Origin: Nemertoderma westbladi
Taxonomy: Eukaryota; Animalia; Xenacoelomorpha
Direction of reading: 5' to 3'
Assembly (NCBI GenBank): GCA_032718475.1
Contig: JAUCBJ010000412.1
Location: forward strand, 37,414 to 101,413
Length of the DNA: 64,000 bases
Positions 50,715-63,809 of this stretch are shown here, piece after piece (position 1 is the stretch's first letter; each line of letters starts with the position of its first letter). The notes beneath the pieces are model-generated. The model had not been told where the DNA came from. It searched no databases and saw only the letters and a program-made list of their open reading frames with translations. Both the position numbers and the translations under genes were made by a program.

Positions 50715-53700
50715 CTCGGAACCTGTGCTGGGATAGAGGATGGCACATACACTCGGAACCTGTGCTGGGATAGAGGCTGGCACATACACTCGGAACCTGT
50801 GCTGGGATAGAGGCTGGCACATACACTCGGAACCTGTGCTGGGTGAACGGCACATACACTCGGAACCTGTGCTGGGATAGAGGCTGGCACATACACTCGG
50901 AACCTGTGCTGGGTGAACGGCACATACACTCGGAACCTGTGCTGGGATAGAGGCTGGCACATACACTCGGAACCTGTGCTGGGATAGAGGCTGGCACATA
51001 CACTCGGAACCTGTGCTGGGATAGAGGCTGGCACATACACTCGGAACCTGTGCTGGGATAGAGGCTGGCACATACACTCGGAACCTGTGCTGGGATAGAG
51101 GCTGGCACATACACTCGGAACCTGTGCTGGGATAGAGGCTGGCACATACACTCGGAACCTGTGCTGGGATAGAGGCTGGCACATACACTCGGAACCTGTG
51201 CTGGGATAGAGGCTGGCACATACACTCGGAACCTGTGCTGGGATAGAGGCTGGCACATACACTCGGAACCTGTGCTGGGATAGAGGATGGCACATACACT
51301 CGGAACCTGTGCTGGGATAGAGGATGGCACATACACTCGGAACCTGTGCTGGGATAGAGGATGGCACATACACTCGGAACCTGTGCTGGGATAGAGGATG
51401 GCACATACACTCGGAACCTGTGCTGGGTGAACGGCACATACACTCGGAACCTGTGCTGGGTGAACGGCACATACACTCGGAACCTGTGCTGGGTGAACGG
51501 CACATACACTCGGAACCTGTGCTGGGATAGAGGATGGCACATACACTCGGAACCTGTGCTGGGATAGAGGATGGCACATACACTCGGAACCTGTGCTGGG
51601 ATAGAGGATGGCACATACACTCGGAACCTGTGCTGGGTGAACGGCACATACACTCGGAACCTGTGCTGGGTGAACGGCACATACACTCGGAACCTGTGCT
51701 GGGTGAACGGCACATACACTCGGAACCTGTGCTGGGATAGAGGATGGCACATACACTCGGAACCTGTGCTGGGATAGAGGATGGCACATACACTCGGAAC
51801 CTGTGCTGGGATAGAGGATGGCACATACACTCGGAACCTGTGCTGGGATAGAGGCTGGCACATACACTCGGAACCTGTGCTGGGATAGAGGATGGCACAT
51901 ACACTCGGAACCTGTGCTGGGATAGAGGCTGGCACATACACTCGGAACCTGTGCTGGGATAGAGGCTGGCACATACACTCGGAACCTGTGCTGGGATAGA
52001 GGCTGGCACATACACTCGGAACCTGTGCTGGGATAGAGGCTGGCACATACACTCGGAACCTGTGCTGGGATAGAGGCTGGCACATACACTCGGAACCTGT
52101 GCTGGGATAGAGGCTGGCACATACACTCGGAACCTGTGCTGGGATAGAGGCTGGCACATACACTCGGAACCTGTGCTGGGATAGAGGCTGGCACATACAC
52201 TCGGAACCTGTGCTGGGATAGAGGCTGGTACATACACTCGGAACCTGTGCTGGGATAGAGGATGGTACATACACTCGGAACCTGTGCTGGGTGAACGGCA
52301 CATACACTCGGAACCTGTGCTGGGATAGAGGCTGGCACATACACTCGGAACCTATGCTGGGATAGAGGATGGCACATACACTCGGAACCTGTGCTGGGAT
52401 AGAGGCTGGCACATACACTCGGAACCTGTGCTGGGATAGAGGCTGGCACATACACTCTGAACCTGTGCTGGGATAGAGGCTGGCACATACACTCGGAACC
52501 TGTGCTGGGATAGAGGCTGGCACATACACTCGGAACCTGTGCTGGGATAGAGGCTGGCACATACACTCGGAACCTGTGCTGGGATAGAGGCTGGCACATA
52601 CACTCGGAACCTGTGCTGGGATAGAGGCTGGCACATACACTCGGAACCTGTGCTGGGATAGAGGATGGCACATACACTCGGAACCTGTGCTGGGATAGAG
52701 GCTGGCACATACACTCGGAACCTGTGCTGGGATAGAGGCTGGCACATACACTCGGAACCTGTGCTGGGATAGAGGCTGGCACATACACTCGGAACCTGTG
52801 CTGGGATAGAGGCTGGCACATACACTCGGAACCTGTGCTGGGATAGAGGCTGGCACATACACTCGGAACCTGTGCTGGGATAGAGGATGGCACATACACT
52901 CGGAACCTGTGCTGGGATAGAGGCTGGCACATACACTCGGAACCTGTGCTGGGATAGAGGCTGGCACATACACTCGGAACCTGTGCTGGGATAGAGGCTG
53001 GCACATACACTCGGAACCTGTGCTGGGATAGAGGATGGCACATACACTCGGAACCTGTGCTGGGATAGAGGCTGGCACATACACTCGGAACCTGTGCTGG
53101 GATAGAGGATGGCACATACACTCGGAACCTGTGCTGGGATAGAGGCTGGCACATACACTCGGAACCTGTGCTGGGATAGAGGATGGCACATACACTCGGA
53201 ACCTGTGCTGGGATAGAGGATGGCACATACACTCGGAACCTGTGCTGGGATAGAGGCTGGCACATACACTCGGAACCTGTGCTGGGATAGAGGATGGCAC
53301 ATACACTCGGAACCTGTGCTGGGATAGAGGATGGTACATACACTCGGAACCTGTGCTGGGTGAACGGCACATACACTCGGAACTTGTGCTGGGATAGAGG
53401 ATGGTACATACACTCGGAACCTGTGCTGGGATAGAGGATGGTACATACACTCGGAACCTGTGCTGGGTGAACGGCACATACACTCGGAACCTGTGCTGGG
53501 ATAGAGGATGGTACATACACTCGGAACCTGTGCTGGGATAGAGGATGGTACATACACTCGGAACCTGTGCTGGGTGAACGGCACATACACTCGGAACCTG
53601 TGCTGGGATAGAGGATGGCACATACACTCGGAACCTGTGCTGGGATAGAGGCTGGCACATACACTCGGAACCTGTGCTGGGATAGAGGCTGGCACATACA

Positions 53701-54637
53701 CTCGGAACCTGTGCTGGGATAGAGGCTGGCACATACACTCGGAACCTGTGCTGGGATAGAGGCTGGCACATACACTCGGAACCTGTGCTGGGATAGAGGC
53801 TGGCACATACACTCGGAACCTGTGCTGGGATAGAGGCTGGCACATACACTCGGAACCTGTGCTGGGATAGAGGCTGGCACATACACTCGGAACCTGTGCT
53901 GGGATAGAGGATGGCACATACACTCGGAACCTGTGCTGGGATAGAGGATGGTACATACACTCGGAACCTGTGCTGGGTGAACGGCACATACACTCGGAAC
54001 CTGTGCTGGGATAGAGGATGGTACATACACTCGGAACCTGTGCTGGGATAGAGGATGGTACATACACTCGGAACCTGTGCTGGGTGAACGGCACATACAC
54101 TCGGAACCTGTGCTGGGATAGAGGATGGTACATACACTCGGAACCTGTGCTGGGATAGAGGATGGTACATACACTCGGAACCTGTGCTGGGTGAACGGCA
54201 CATACACTCGGAACCTGTGCTGGGTGAACGGCACATACACTCGGAACCTGTGCTGGGATAGAGGATGGCACATACACTCGGAACCTGTGCTGGGTGAACG
54301 GCACATACACTCGGAACCTGTGCTGGGATAGAGGCTGGCACATACACTCGGAACCTGTGCTGGGATAGAGGCTGGCACATACACTCGGAACCTGTGCTGG
54401 GTGAACGGCACATACACTCGGAACCTGTGCTGGGTGAACGGCACATACACTCGGAACCTGTGCTGGGTGAACGGCACATACACTCGGAACCTGTGCTGGG
54501 TGAACGGCACATACACTCGGAACCTGTGCTGGGTGAACGGCACATACACTCGGAACCTGTGCTGGGTGAACGGCACATACACTCGGAACCTGTGCTGGGT
54601 GAACGGCACATACACTCGGAACCTGTGCTGGGTGAAC
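50715..54637. repeat. 37/33-bp satellite, right part (~100+ units)
   Basis: Same units as the left part. Ends in a run of 33-mers. Confidence 0.97.
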
Positions 54638-55110
54638 AACATATGAACAATCTATTTTGCGCGTAATATTATCAAGGAATATCTGTCTGTGTGATAATTT
54701 ATTTTTCTCTCATTTGATACAGCATATCAAATTAACATTAATTTTTTACATTTAGACATTTCATAATGTCAAATTTTAATCTTCAAATTGACATTTTAAC
54801 ATGTCATAGTATCAAAATGTCATTTATCAATCACAAATGCAATCGTTCAATTCCGGGGTAATCGCCGTGCTCAACTCCTCCCACCCCCAAGAGATGACAG
54901 CATAATACTCAAATCACCCTCCTATGACGATGGTGATTAATATGTTTAGTGAAACGGTGGAGGATTCAGATTCGATTACAAAACACGATAACTTAATTCA
55001 TTCGAGTGCATCGAAGGTACTGTGACAAACAGGTGACAAACCGGTATTTACTGGGGTAGGCATTTACGTGTGTCAGAAAAGGTTTTATGTTACACTGCCG
55101 CAGCTGCTAT

Positions 55111-56105
55111 GGATGTGGGACAATTCGGTCCCGGACAATTCGGTCCGGACAATTCGGTGCCGGACAATTCGGTCCCGGAAAATTCGGTCCCAAGACACCA
55201 AATAAATGGGACCGAATTGTCCGGGACCCAATTGTCCGGGACCGAATTGTCCTAAGACCGAGACCGAATTGTCCTTGGACCAAATTGTCCGGGACCAAAT
55301 TGTCCTGGACCGAATTGTCCTAGACCGAATTGTCCGGGACCGAATTGTCCGGGACCGAATTGTCCGGTTCCCGACAGCAACTTTTTAGTGCGTTTTTGAT
55401 ATTGGTGAATGTTCTAGAACATTATTAGAGATATTTTTTATGGTAGCTAGGGTTTTTTATGAGCTAGAATTTTTTGAAATTTAAAAAATACTGTATTTTT
55501 TTTATTTTTGTTATTGTAAGTGTTCATTAGTATACATTATACATTATTATATATTATTTATTAAGGTGTAGCTAGTGTTTTTTTTACTAGCTAGCATTTT
55601 CTTGAAATTATAAAAAAACAGAATTAGGCCTTAACTGTTGCAGATTATATTAATTACCAACAATATTGATGATATTATAACAGTCCCTGAATGAGATCAT
55701 GCTATTATCTAGGATAATAATTTAGGCTTGTTAACCAACCAACAACTCATACAGTATACATACGCAATATATAAAAAAAATCAGTTTTAAACATTTTAAA
55801 TACATACTATTACTAGCAGTAAATAATTCACAAGCTCCATAAAAACACCATAGCTACCATAAATAATAATGTTAACAAAAAAAAGTAAAATTTTTTTATT
55901 TTCAAAAAAATACTAGCTATTAAAAAAAAACACCAACTACCATATAATAATATCTATTAAGGTTCTAGAACATTCACCATTATATAGTACCAATTAAATT
56001 TGGTCCTGGACAATTCGATTCCAAAAACACAAAATTAATGGGACCGAATTGTCCGGGACCGAATTGTCCGGACCGAATTTTCCGGGACCGAATTGTCCTG
56101 CTTCC
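55111..56105. mobile_element. Foldback-type non-autonomous DNA transposon with 8-bp TSD
   Basis: GCTGCTAT at 55103-55110 and 56106-56113. Termini GGATGTGGGACAATTCGGTC / GACCGAATTGTCCTGCTTCC. 15-bp subterminal repeats. Confidence 0.85.
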
Positions 56106-57028
56106 GCTGCTATGATAGTGCCCCTATGCCTGAATACAGTAGTCTGTCATTGTGTCTGTCATTTTTACTGCAATAGTAGATCTAGAGAATGCAGCTATCT
56201 TGAGCACAGGGGAGTTTAACACATGGAGCGCGAGACAAAATATCTTCTGATTACATTTGTAGAAGGGGGTACAATTAGTATATTACCTTATATTTTACAC
56301 AGGCACCGTACAATAAATTATAGTATACCTATATAATATACCTATACTAAACTGCAGTATACAAGACCATACCTAAAGCATTGTTGCCGATAGGTCTATT
56401 GAAATGGAAAAGTGAAAAATAGAACATGCAACTCACCATGTATGCACACACCTTGTAAATTAACTTGTTTGAATTACCTCTAAATTTGTTTTCAAATTGG
56501 CATGTAAATTACATTTTGACATACTCTAAATGTCAAAATGATGACGAATGTTAAAACGATGTCAAATTTGAAATTTACATTTTGACATGTCTAAATCTCA
56601 AAATTTCATTTTCAAATAAATTGAAATTTAGGCATTTAGACATGTCATAATGTCAAAATGTCATTTTCAAATTAACATTGGAATTTAAAATAATGTTTGC
56701 AAATGTACAGCACTAAAGGCCTTTATCATTTCCTTGTCATTCTGATATGAGGTGTGATGAGGTAGTGGTATCTGCGTGTGCCTGTGATGCACTCTAAAAG
56801 TAGATTTATATCTAACTTTTGTTTAATGATTGGCATGATGATTTATCTATCTAAGTTATCGGAATTTTCAATACAATAGGATAACGTTACTTAAAAACGT
56901 AAACACCCTTCTATTAATATTATTGTTGTTACACTAATACTATGTAATGTTATAATAATATGTAATGTAATAATAATATGTAATGTAATAATAATATGTA
57001 AGTACTAATATTCATAATATTTGATAAT

Positions 57029-57850
57029 TTATATTTTTGTTTTGAATACGGCTAGAGAGTTAGTAATGTTGGCATTGTTCAGGCAATAGGACATAAACTC
57101 ATCGCAGGTGATGCATTCCCGTGCAGGATCGCCAGTTTTAGCAAAAAATTCGTCGACTACATTTACGATGGTGTCTTCTGTAAATACCGGCATGGTGTAT
57201 GATCCCAAAAGATCGTAGATCGATTGAACCGTGAAGCACATATCGTTGCGTGTGATAGAGCCGCTGTTTGAGCAATCGTACAGTTGGAAAATCCATTTCA
57301 ACTGCTCTTCCAGGTTCCCTCGTGTTAACAATGAAAGCACATTGAGAAAAGATTCAAAAGTCACATCCCCATTTTCATTTTTCTTCAGCGCACCGTATAT
57401 GAGTCCGCTGTAACGTTCAGTGCGGCCAAGTGGATGGATAACAGACATCATTGTCCCCATAGTATCTCTATCAACCACCCCTGTTGGACAATCCTGTTTG
57501 AATCCGCGGTAAATCTGTTGTATCTCTTTCCTTGTAAACTTTGTCGTCTTCAGCAGAGATTCTATCTGACACGGCTTGTAACGTGTTACCTCTATTTCGA
57601 TCTCTTTAGGATTCTCTTCAGCAATTAGGCCGAGGTTTCGCAGTCCGTTTTTTATTCCTTCTATAATTCCTCGGATCCCTGTTTCACGAGGCTCTTCCCA
57701 AGGTACGTAGACAAGAGGTTCACCGACGCCAACGGCCACAGTGCCAGTGAGAGCAACATCTTCTTCAATAGGTTCTATATTAAGCTGATCAGTTTCGATG
57801 GATTCAGGATGTTTATTGGGGCTCCTGCGATTGCGCGTCTCGGATGTCAT
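57029..57850 (-). CDS. KCNIP: Intronless, divergent KChIP/calsenilin-like neuronal calcium sensor
   Basis: TKFTRKEIQQIYRGFKQDCPTGVV, LSLLTRGNLEEQLKWIFQLYD, SIYDLLGSYTMP and NITNSLAVF align with the KChIP core. Confidence 0.9.
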   Translation of the reverse strand: MTSETRNRRSPNKHPESIETDQLNIEPIEEDVALTGTVAVGVGEPLVYVPWEEPRETGIRGIIEGIKNGLRNLGLIAEENPKEIEIEVTRYKPCQIESLLKTTKFTRKEIQQIYRGFKQDCPTGVVDRDTMGTMMSVIHPLGRTERYSGLIYGALKKNENGDVTFESFLNVLSLLTRGNLEEQLKWIFQLYDCSNSGSITRNDMCFTVQSIYDLLGSYTMPVFTEDTIVNVVDEFFAKTGDPARECITCDEFMSYCLNNANITNSLAVFKTKI

Positions 57851-59803
57851 TATTTACAGTATCGCTATGATATAATTTTTAAAGTAAAACTGAAAAGTTA
57901 TTCATGTTATTATATTAGTAAATAACAGTTTATTATTTGATCGATTCATAAGTTAAATAGATAAGTTAAATTTAGTTAAATATTTAAATCCAAGTTTTGA
58001 ATTAATATATTATATAGGCCTACAGTAGCAATACCTGTTAGACCTATTTTATTGTAATTGCCCCTCACATTGTTAGCCTGTAGCAGCCCAGGTTGGCAAT
58101 GAATAACTGTATAATTGTTCGTTCCAAATTCATAGGAAAATGGTAAATCGTGCAATTACTTATAGTACAGTGCCAAATGATAAGGACTTTGCTTGAAACT
58201 CAAATGGTATATAATCCTCTTTATGAACAATCCATGCCTCAACACGGACTGCATTTTACAACATACAGATGAAATAAATAGATAGGCAGGCTACTGTAGG
58301 AAATAGGAAGTCATTACTTCAACACTGTAATTATTTATCAAAGGGATCTAATAATAGCGTCCATGTCGAACTTCACAGTTGGTGGGTGCGGATATAATAA
58401 TTTAATGAATGGTGTGGTTTTACTATGCCAGGGTTGTTTCATATAATAATTCCTGACAACTGGCAGATGGTGTTTAAGATAGCATGCGGACTTTACTAGA
58501 ATTTACCATAATGTAATGCTTAGAACAATAATATATAATAAATGATGTTTGAATGGAAATAAATAAATATTATTATTATAAAATAAATAATAAATCAGTT
58601 AACTAATAAATTATGTTATAAATAATAAAATAACCACCATTTTGTAGGAAGTTGTCTCAAATCCTCAACGTTATCATGTGTTATACCTTCCGTTGTCTCA
58701 AATCCACAACGTTATCATGTGTTATACCTTCCATCTCTCACCGAAGTTATGGCATCCTTGGCTCCAGATGTAAATTCTATCAGCAGAAATAATGCGTTGT
58801 TCACTAATATTGTTTTAATTCAGAGACCCAAATTTTATACATCATTTGAATTATTGTATGCAATTTTAAGATTATATTTTATAAGTCGTTTCGTTGCAGT
58901 AGGTATTACATTCATCGCGATTCAGGCAACAACTCCGGGAGTTCCGTGCGTTTGAGTAACACGACCCAACCGCCTCATCGCGTTGGGGACAGTTTCTCAA
59001 ATATATCTTTGACTCGTATAATGTTTAACCGTGACATTCGTTTAATGGCTTTCACACCAGATGTCTTTCTTCTTTTTCAGCAATCAATACGGGCCATGAT
59101 AAGTAGGTAAAATATATCGTGTTTTCTTTTACAGCTGGAGAGGCCCTGCTGGCTTCAATGACAATAGCCCCTGGAATCCTGGTAAAGTGTAAATGAAACA
59201 TTCCGATTAACTTTTAACCCCGGGTATATAAAGCGAGTTTCAGGAACCCAATGTTTAGTTATTCGCTTACAGAGAAATTGCGAGCTGAAAGTAAAATTTA
59301 CAATTTACTTAAAATATGCATCTTTAGTTTGAAATTCTGTGGTTATTTATTGCGCAGACCACAAATCTTTCTCATCAATCAACAAATCAAGCATTCTCGG
59401 TCTTTCTGTTTGTTCGTCAGTAGGTTGTCTGTCCAACCAACTCAATGTTTGAACGAACGTCAATGTCTCAGATTTGTTTTGTCTCAAATTTGTTGTTATT
59501 TCTATGAGCACAGGATATCAAAAGTTAAGAAAGTTCTGAGAATTAAAGAAAATTGTACTCAGATGCGATACAAACCGCTATCAGTATTTCAAAATTCAAT
59601 TCAGACCATTCAATATAATAATCTATTTGGAACGACCAAGAAGTTCACAGATTTCGTGTGCGCGAGGTTCTAACAACATGTTTGCTTGGAACTTCCTTTG
59701 TATTAATTCCGGGTTGACTTTGTTTTTAATTTAAACCTTGAATATAAGTAATAATTTATCAAAATTGTTTTCTATCCTATTCAGTTATCAAAATAAGAGA
59801 CAA

Positions 59804-60047
59804 GGGGGGGGGGGGGGGGGGGGGGGAACTGGACGCAAAACCCGCCTTGGCGAATTAATATCCCGCCTCAATTTTAATTAGCAATTTAGGGAAAGGAGCA
59901 GGTTACAGTGGAACGATATTTTAACCAAAACAATAAACTAAACACAATAGAACAGGTTACAGTTTTATTTTTGCTCGTAAACTGCTGTTATTTGCGTCCA
60001 ATTTCCCCTGGAGAGGGATGAATTTTTATTGCGTCCAGTTTCCCCCC
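59804..60047. mobile_element. G-run MITE, copy 3
   Basis: TIR GGGGGGAACTGGACGCAA ... TTGCGTCCAGTTTCCCCCC. Confidence 0.8.
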
Positions 60048-60345
60048 TATCTGCAAAATAAATGATACGAGGATGAAGGAGTTCAGACCGGAGGAAAAGC
60101 AATTTAAATATCAAATTACGTTTACATGAAAAAACAACAAGATTTATTTCGCCAATGATTATTTTTTACTAAAATCCCTCCCTCACGCTCTGTTCAGCAA
60201 ATTATACATTTTGGCGAAAATAAAGCGCTATTTGTTTTCTATGTAAAAAGTAGTTATTCGTTTTAAAAGCACAAGCATTTTTAGTTTGCTAGTATAAAGT
60301 TGTATAGAATTTATACCCAAGCTTGGCTATTTAGTTGCACCGAAC

Positions 60346-60716
60346 ATGTTTGCGGAAGTTTTAAAGACATGTTTACTTTTCACCCTTTATCTTACGGCGA
60401 ACGGATTGCCGATAACCGGGGATAAAGCTGTTGTTGTCGAAGGCGACATGAGAATGGATGAAAATGCGTTCAAATGGTACAGGGAACAAGGAAGTTCGGG
60501 CGATAATGGTTCGAAACAGCCGCAATTACGAGCCGCAATTACTAGGAGAAACCGTGATGGACTAAGTAGGCCTACTACAGACGCACCAGCTGACACAGAT
60601 CGTAAAAACACACGAGCAGATGAGCTACTACATGATGATGAGGCGTCGTTTCTTGCAAAGAGGAAGGGGGTGGCTCCAGATGTGAAAAAGTGGAAGCATG
60701 GAATTGTGCCATACCG
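60346..60716 (+). CDS. Astacin (M12A) metalloprotease exon 1: signal peptide, prodomain, start of catalytic domain
   Basis: Hydrophobic N-terminus, EGDM prodomain motif, KRK site, KW..G.VPY. Phase-2 donor GTATGT. Confidence 0.85.
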
Positions 60717-61137
60717 GTATGTAAACCAAAGGAATGGTTTTACACTAAAATAATAATTAATTTTTAATCTATTTTTTTAAGTTTAACAGACTTTTTGTAA
60801 GCGAGACAACATCCTCATAAATTCATCGTAAAAAATCGAAATCAAACCATTCCAATTAATTGCCGCAATCATTAACAATTCTACGATATGAATTATGAAG
60901 GGATCTAGGGGTCTTAACCTCGAGTGATACGTTTATTTTACCGAAAATAACTTATCTTTTATTCTTTTATATCTTTTAAAATATCTATATCTTTTACTTA
61001 CCCCTAGATCCCTTCCTATAATAAATGCATAATAACTACCACCTCGAAAAATACAGCTTGCCAACACATTGTTACTATCAATATGTATTATGACGAGCAA
61101 GATAAATCATTCTTCGTAATCTTACGAATATGAAGTT

Positions 61138-61349
61138 AGGACAATTCCGACCGATTAGATCTTTTGACCGGGTCGGAATTGTCCAGATCCAGCATAGGAC
61201 AATTCCGACCCATAAAAATTTAATTTGAGCTTTGAGTGGGTCGGAATTGTCCGGGTCGGAATTGCCCGGGTCGGAATTGCCCGGGTCGGAATTGCCCGGG
61301 TCGGAATTGTCCGGGTGGGAATTGTCCGGGTCGGAATTGCCCGTACACC
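61138..61349. repeat. 15-bp GGGTCGGAATTG(T/C)CC terminal array of a foldback-like element (astacin intron 1)
   Basis: Tandem and inverted motif copies. Related to 55111-56105 and to an element starting at ~63866. Confidence 0.7.
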
Positions 61350-61926
61350 TTTCTCACAACAACACTAAAGTTAAATTTTTCGCAGAAATATTTAAAACAA
61401 TGTTAACATTATTTTCTTTATCTAAAATTGAAATTTACATAATTTCGTAGGTACCGGTGCCGGTACCGGTACTGTAAAACAAGATGTATGTTATGTTTGA
61501 CTTTAAGCTTGCTTGTTTTTTTTGAATATTAATAAAATATGATTTTGAAAAAGTTTATCTTTAGTAAATAAAGTAAATATTTTCAAAAATATAAGCAATT
61601 CAGTTTATAAGTTGCGTTTGGATGAATTACAACTTAATGCTGATTATTATGTTGGTATATATGCAGAACAATTTCTTGTGAACATCGAGAGTGTTAACAC
61701 TTTCGCGGTCCTGTCACTATTCATATATGGGACCTTGCTAATAACATTTGATATTCGTTGATATTTCCTATTTTTACTACAAAATAGGAAATATTTTTCT
61801 GGTATCTCGGAAATATTTTAGGCATGGCGCATATATGATTCAGTGTGACGATCTTTCGAGGGTCCGACCTCAGAAGTTGAGTCAGAATTATTTAATTACT
61901 ATTGTCTTTTACGTATTTGTTTTTAG

Positions 61927-62416
61927 AATCCAATCTGGTATCAATGTAGACACCCAGTTGAGCGCTTTGGTAGAAGCTATGGAAGTCTGGGAGGAAGCCA
62001 CATGCGTTAGCTTCAGACCTTACAGTCTGGACCTACGGGAGAGTTTGGGTCACAACAACTACGTTACCATAACTGCAGACGAGGATGGCTGCTACTCTGA
62101 CGTGGGGGTGAACACAGTGGAAGGTAACATTGTCAATGTGGATCCTAAATGCAACGTTTTGGGGATACTGACCCACGAGCTGGGTCACACACTGGGTCTG
62201 TTTCACGAACAGAATCGATATGACAGGGATCAATTTATAGAAGTGCAATGGGACAATGTGAGGGACAGGATGAAGCACAATTTTGATAAGTTTGGCAAGG
62301 AGGTTATTAACACTTTGGGGCTGAATTATGATTATGGATCTATAATGCATTACCGTGGTACTTCCTTCACGAAAAATGGAAACAATACAATATTGACGAA
62401 GGATGCACAATACCAG
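61927..62416 (+). CDS. Astacin exon 2 (catalytic core)
   Basis: WEEATCVSF, GCYSDVG, HELGHTLGLFHEQNRYDRD, Met-turn SIMHY. Phases consistent. Confidence 0.95.
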
Positions 62417-62794
62417 GTTAGTTTGCTGAAAACGCAATACTGACAAAGGGCCGAATTTATCATGTTAATTAAAAAAAAATCAATATAGACAATATTTGAA
62501 AAATACCTCTTTAATTTGCCAGAAATGGGCGCTTTAAATATTTCACTATTTTGGTTAAATAATGTGTTACAGCCACTGAAAAATTGTTTAAACTAAAGAG
62601 GCGGTAGTAACAGATAGCTGCAGATGTACACTCCCCACTCCCCACCCCAGGTACACCCCTACTACGTTTAACTGAAACGTCGCTCGTTACACCACAGCAG
62701 CCCGTGGTGGGAAGTGTGTTGCATGTGTTTATACTGCAGTTTTAAGTTAAGTTAAGTATAATTATATTTATAAATGTATCTGTTATTATTTTAG

Positions 62795-63010
62795 AACAAA
62801 ATCGGGCAAAGGGACCATCTGAGTTTTCTGGACGCAAAGATAGTAAACTTGATATACGAATGTAATTCTGTGTGTGAGGAACCAACTCCAGTTGAGGAAC
62901 CAACTCCAGTCTGTTCGCCTCCCGGTTATTTGGGTCCGTCCTGCACCTGCATATGTCCAAAAACTCATCCGGAATGCGAAGTGATTAAATCTAAACGCAA
63001 TTGTATGAAG
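62795..63010 (+). CDS. Astacin exon 3 (end of protease + EGF-like module); gene continues downstream
   Basis: IGQRDHLSFLD...NLIYEC, then C..PGYLGPSCTCICP. Donor GTAAGT at 63011. Confidence 0.88.
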
Positions 63011-63722
63011 GTAAGTTCTACGGGAGTTTAGTGTTGAATCCTGCAATTGAACGTTGCCTGAGCTATTAAGACTAATATTTAACAAAGCATTCATATAAAA
63101 TGCTGCACAAACTGACAAACCAAATGGAATTACATTTCAGTTTGCCTTTTTAGTTTTTATTGACAGTGTTGGTGGTGGACTTAAAAGTGTATGATATAAT
63201 GTATCGGTAGATAATGTTAATCGGTAAATAAAGATCACTTGTTCATATAAATGTGGCGATTTTTTGTTTATCATGTCTTGTGGTGTCAAACAGCGAAACA
63301 GGTGGCTACCCATCATGTGGACATCATTGTGTCACGTGGTTTGGGATTGCCAGAGAGTCCGTGATGTTTAGGAAGCTTCCAACGAGCAGTATAATGCGGT
63401 GGCTAGAGGAAGAAAAAACAGAGAAAAGGCATATTTAAGCAGTAAACAATTGAAAATTTAACAAATCCTAATTATAGCCGACCGACTGTGTTCGTATAGC
63501 TCATAAATAGCTGAATGTCTTTAATCCACCGGTACAACAAATATAATCAGCCAGTTGCTGCCAGATGCAGATTGAGATGCTATGATGGGTAACAAACGAT
63601 TTGTTTGTGCCATAACCATGCAATCCGCAATTGGCATGCTGCAATGGAGCGCGCATTAAGATTGCTATGCCGGTATAAAATTCACTATCACCCATCACTT
63701 TCGCGAGATTATCTGCATCTTC

Positions 63723-63809
63723 AAGGCCAGTGTCCTTTAAGAGACGACTTAAGAAAGTAATGGGTCACCCATTACTTTCTTAAGTCGTCTCTTAAAGGAC
63801 ACTGGCCTT
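63723..63809. repeat. Perfect 43-bp-arm palindrome with 1-nt spacer
   Basis: AAGGCCAGTGTCC...GTAATGGGT C ACCCATTAC...GGACACTGGCCTT. Confidence 0.95.

Noticed and set aside
44542-54666. Very long repetitive ORFs (up to 1318 aa) in all three minus-strand frames
   Set aside because: By-product of a 37/33-bp unit lacking stops on one strand. The same peptide cycles through all frames and a LINE interrupts the array.
55070-55388. Short repetitive ORFs (PNCPG/DRIVR; also 61232-61450 and 9881-10081)
   Set aside because: Translations of transposon terminal repeats or minisatellite.
58700-59200. Possible small plus-strand exons (e.g. 59134-59180)
   Set aside because: Splice-like signals present, but no consistent multi-exon frame or homology could be built.
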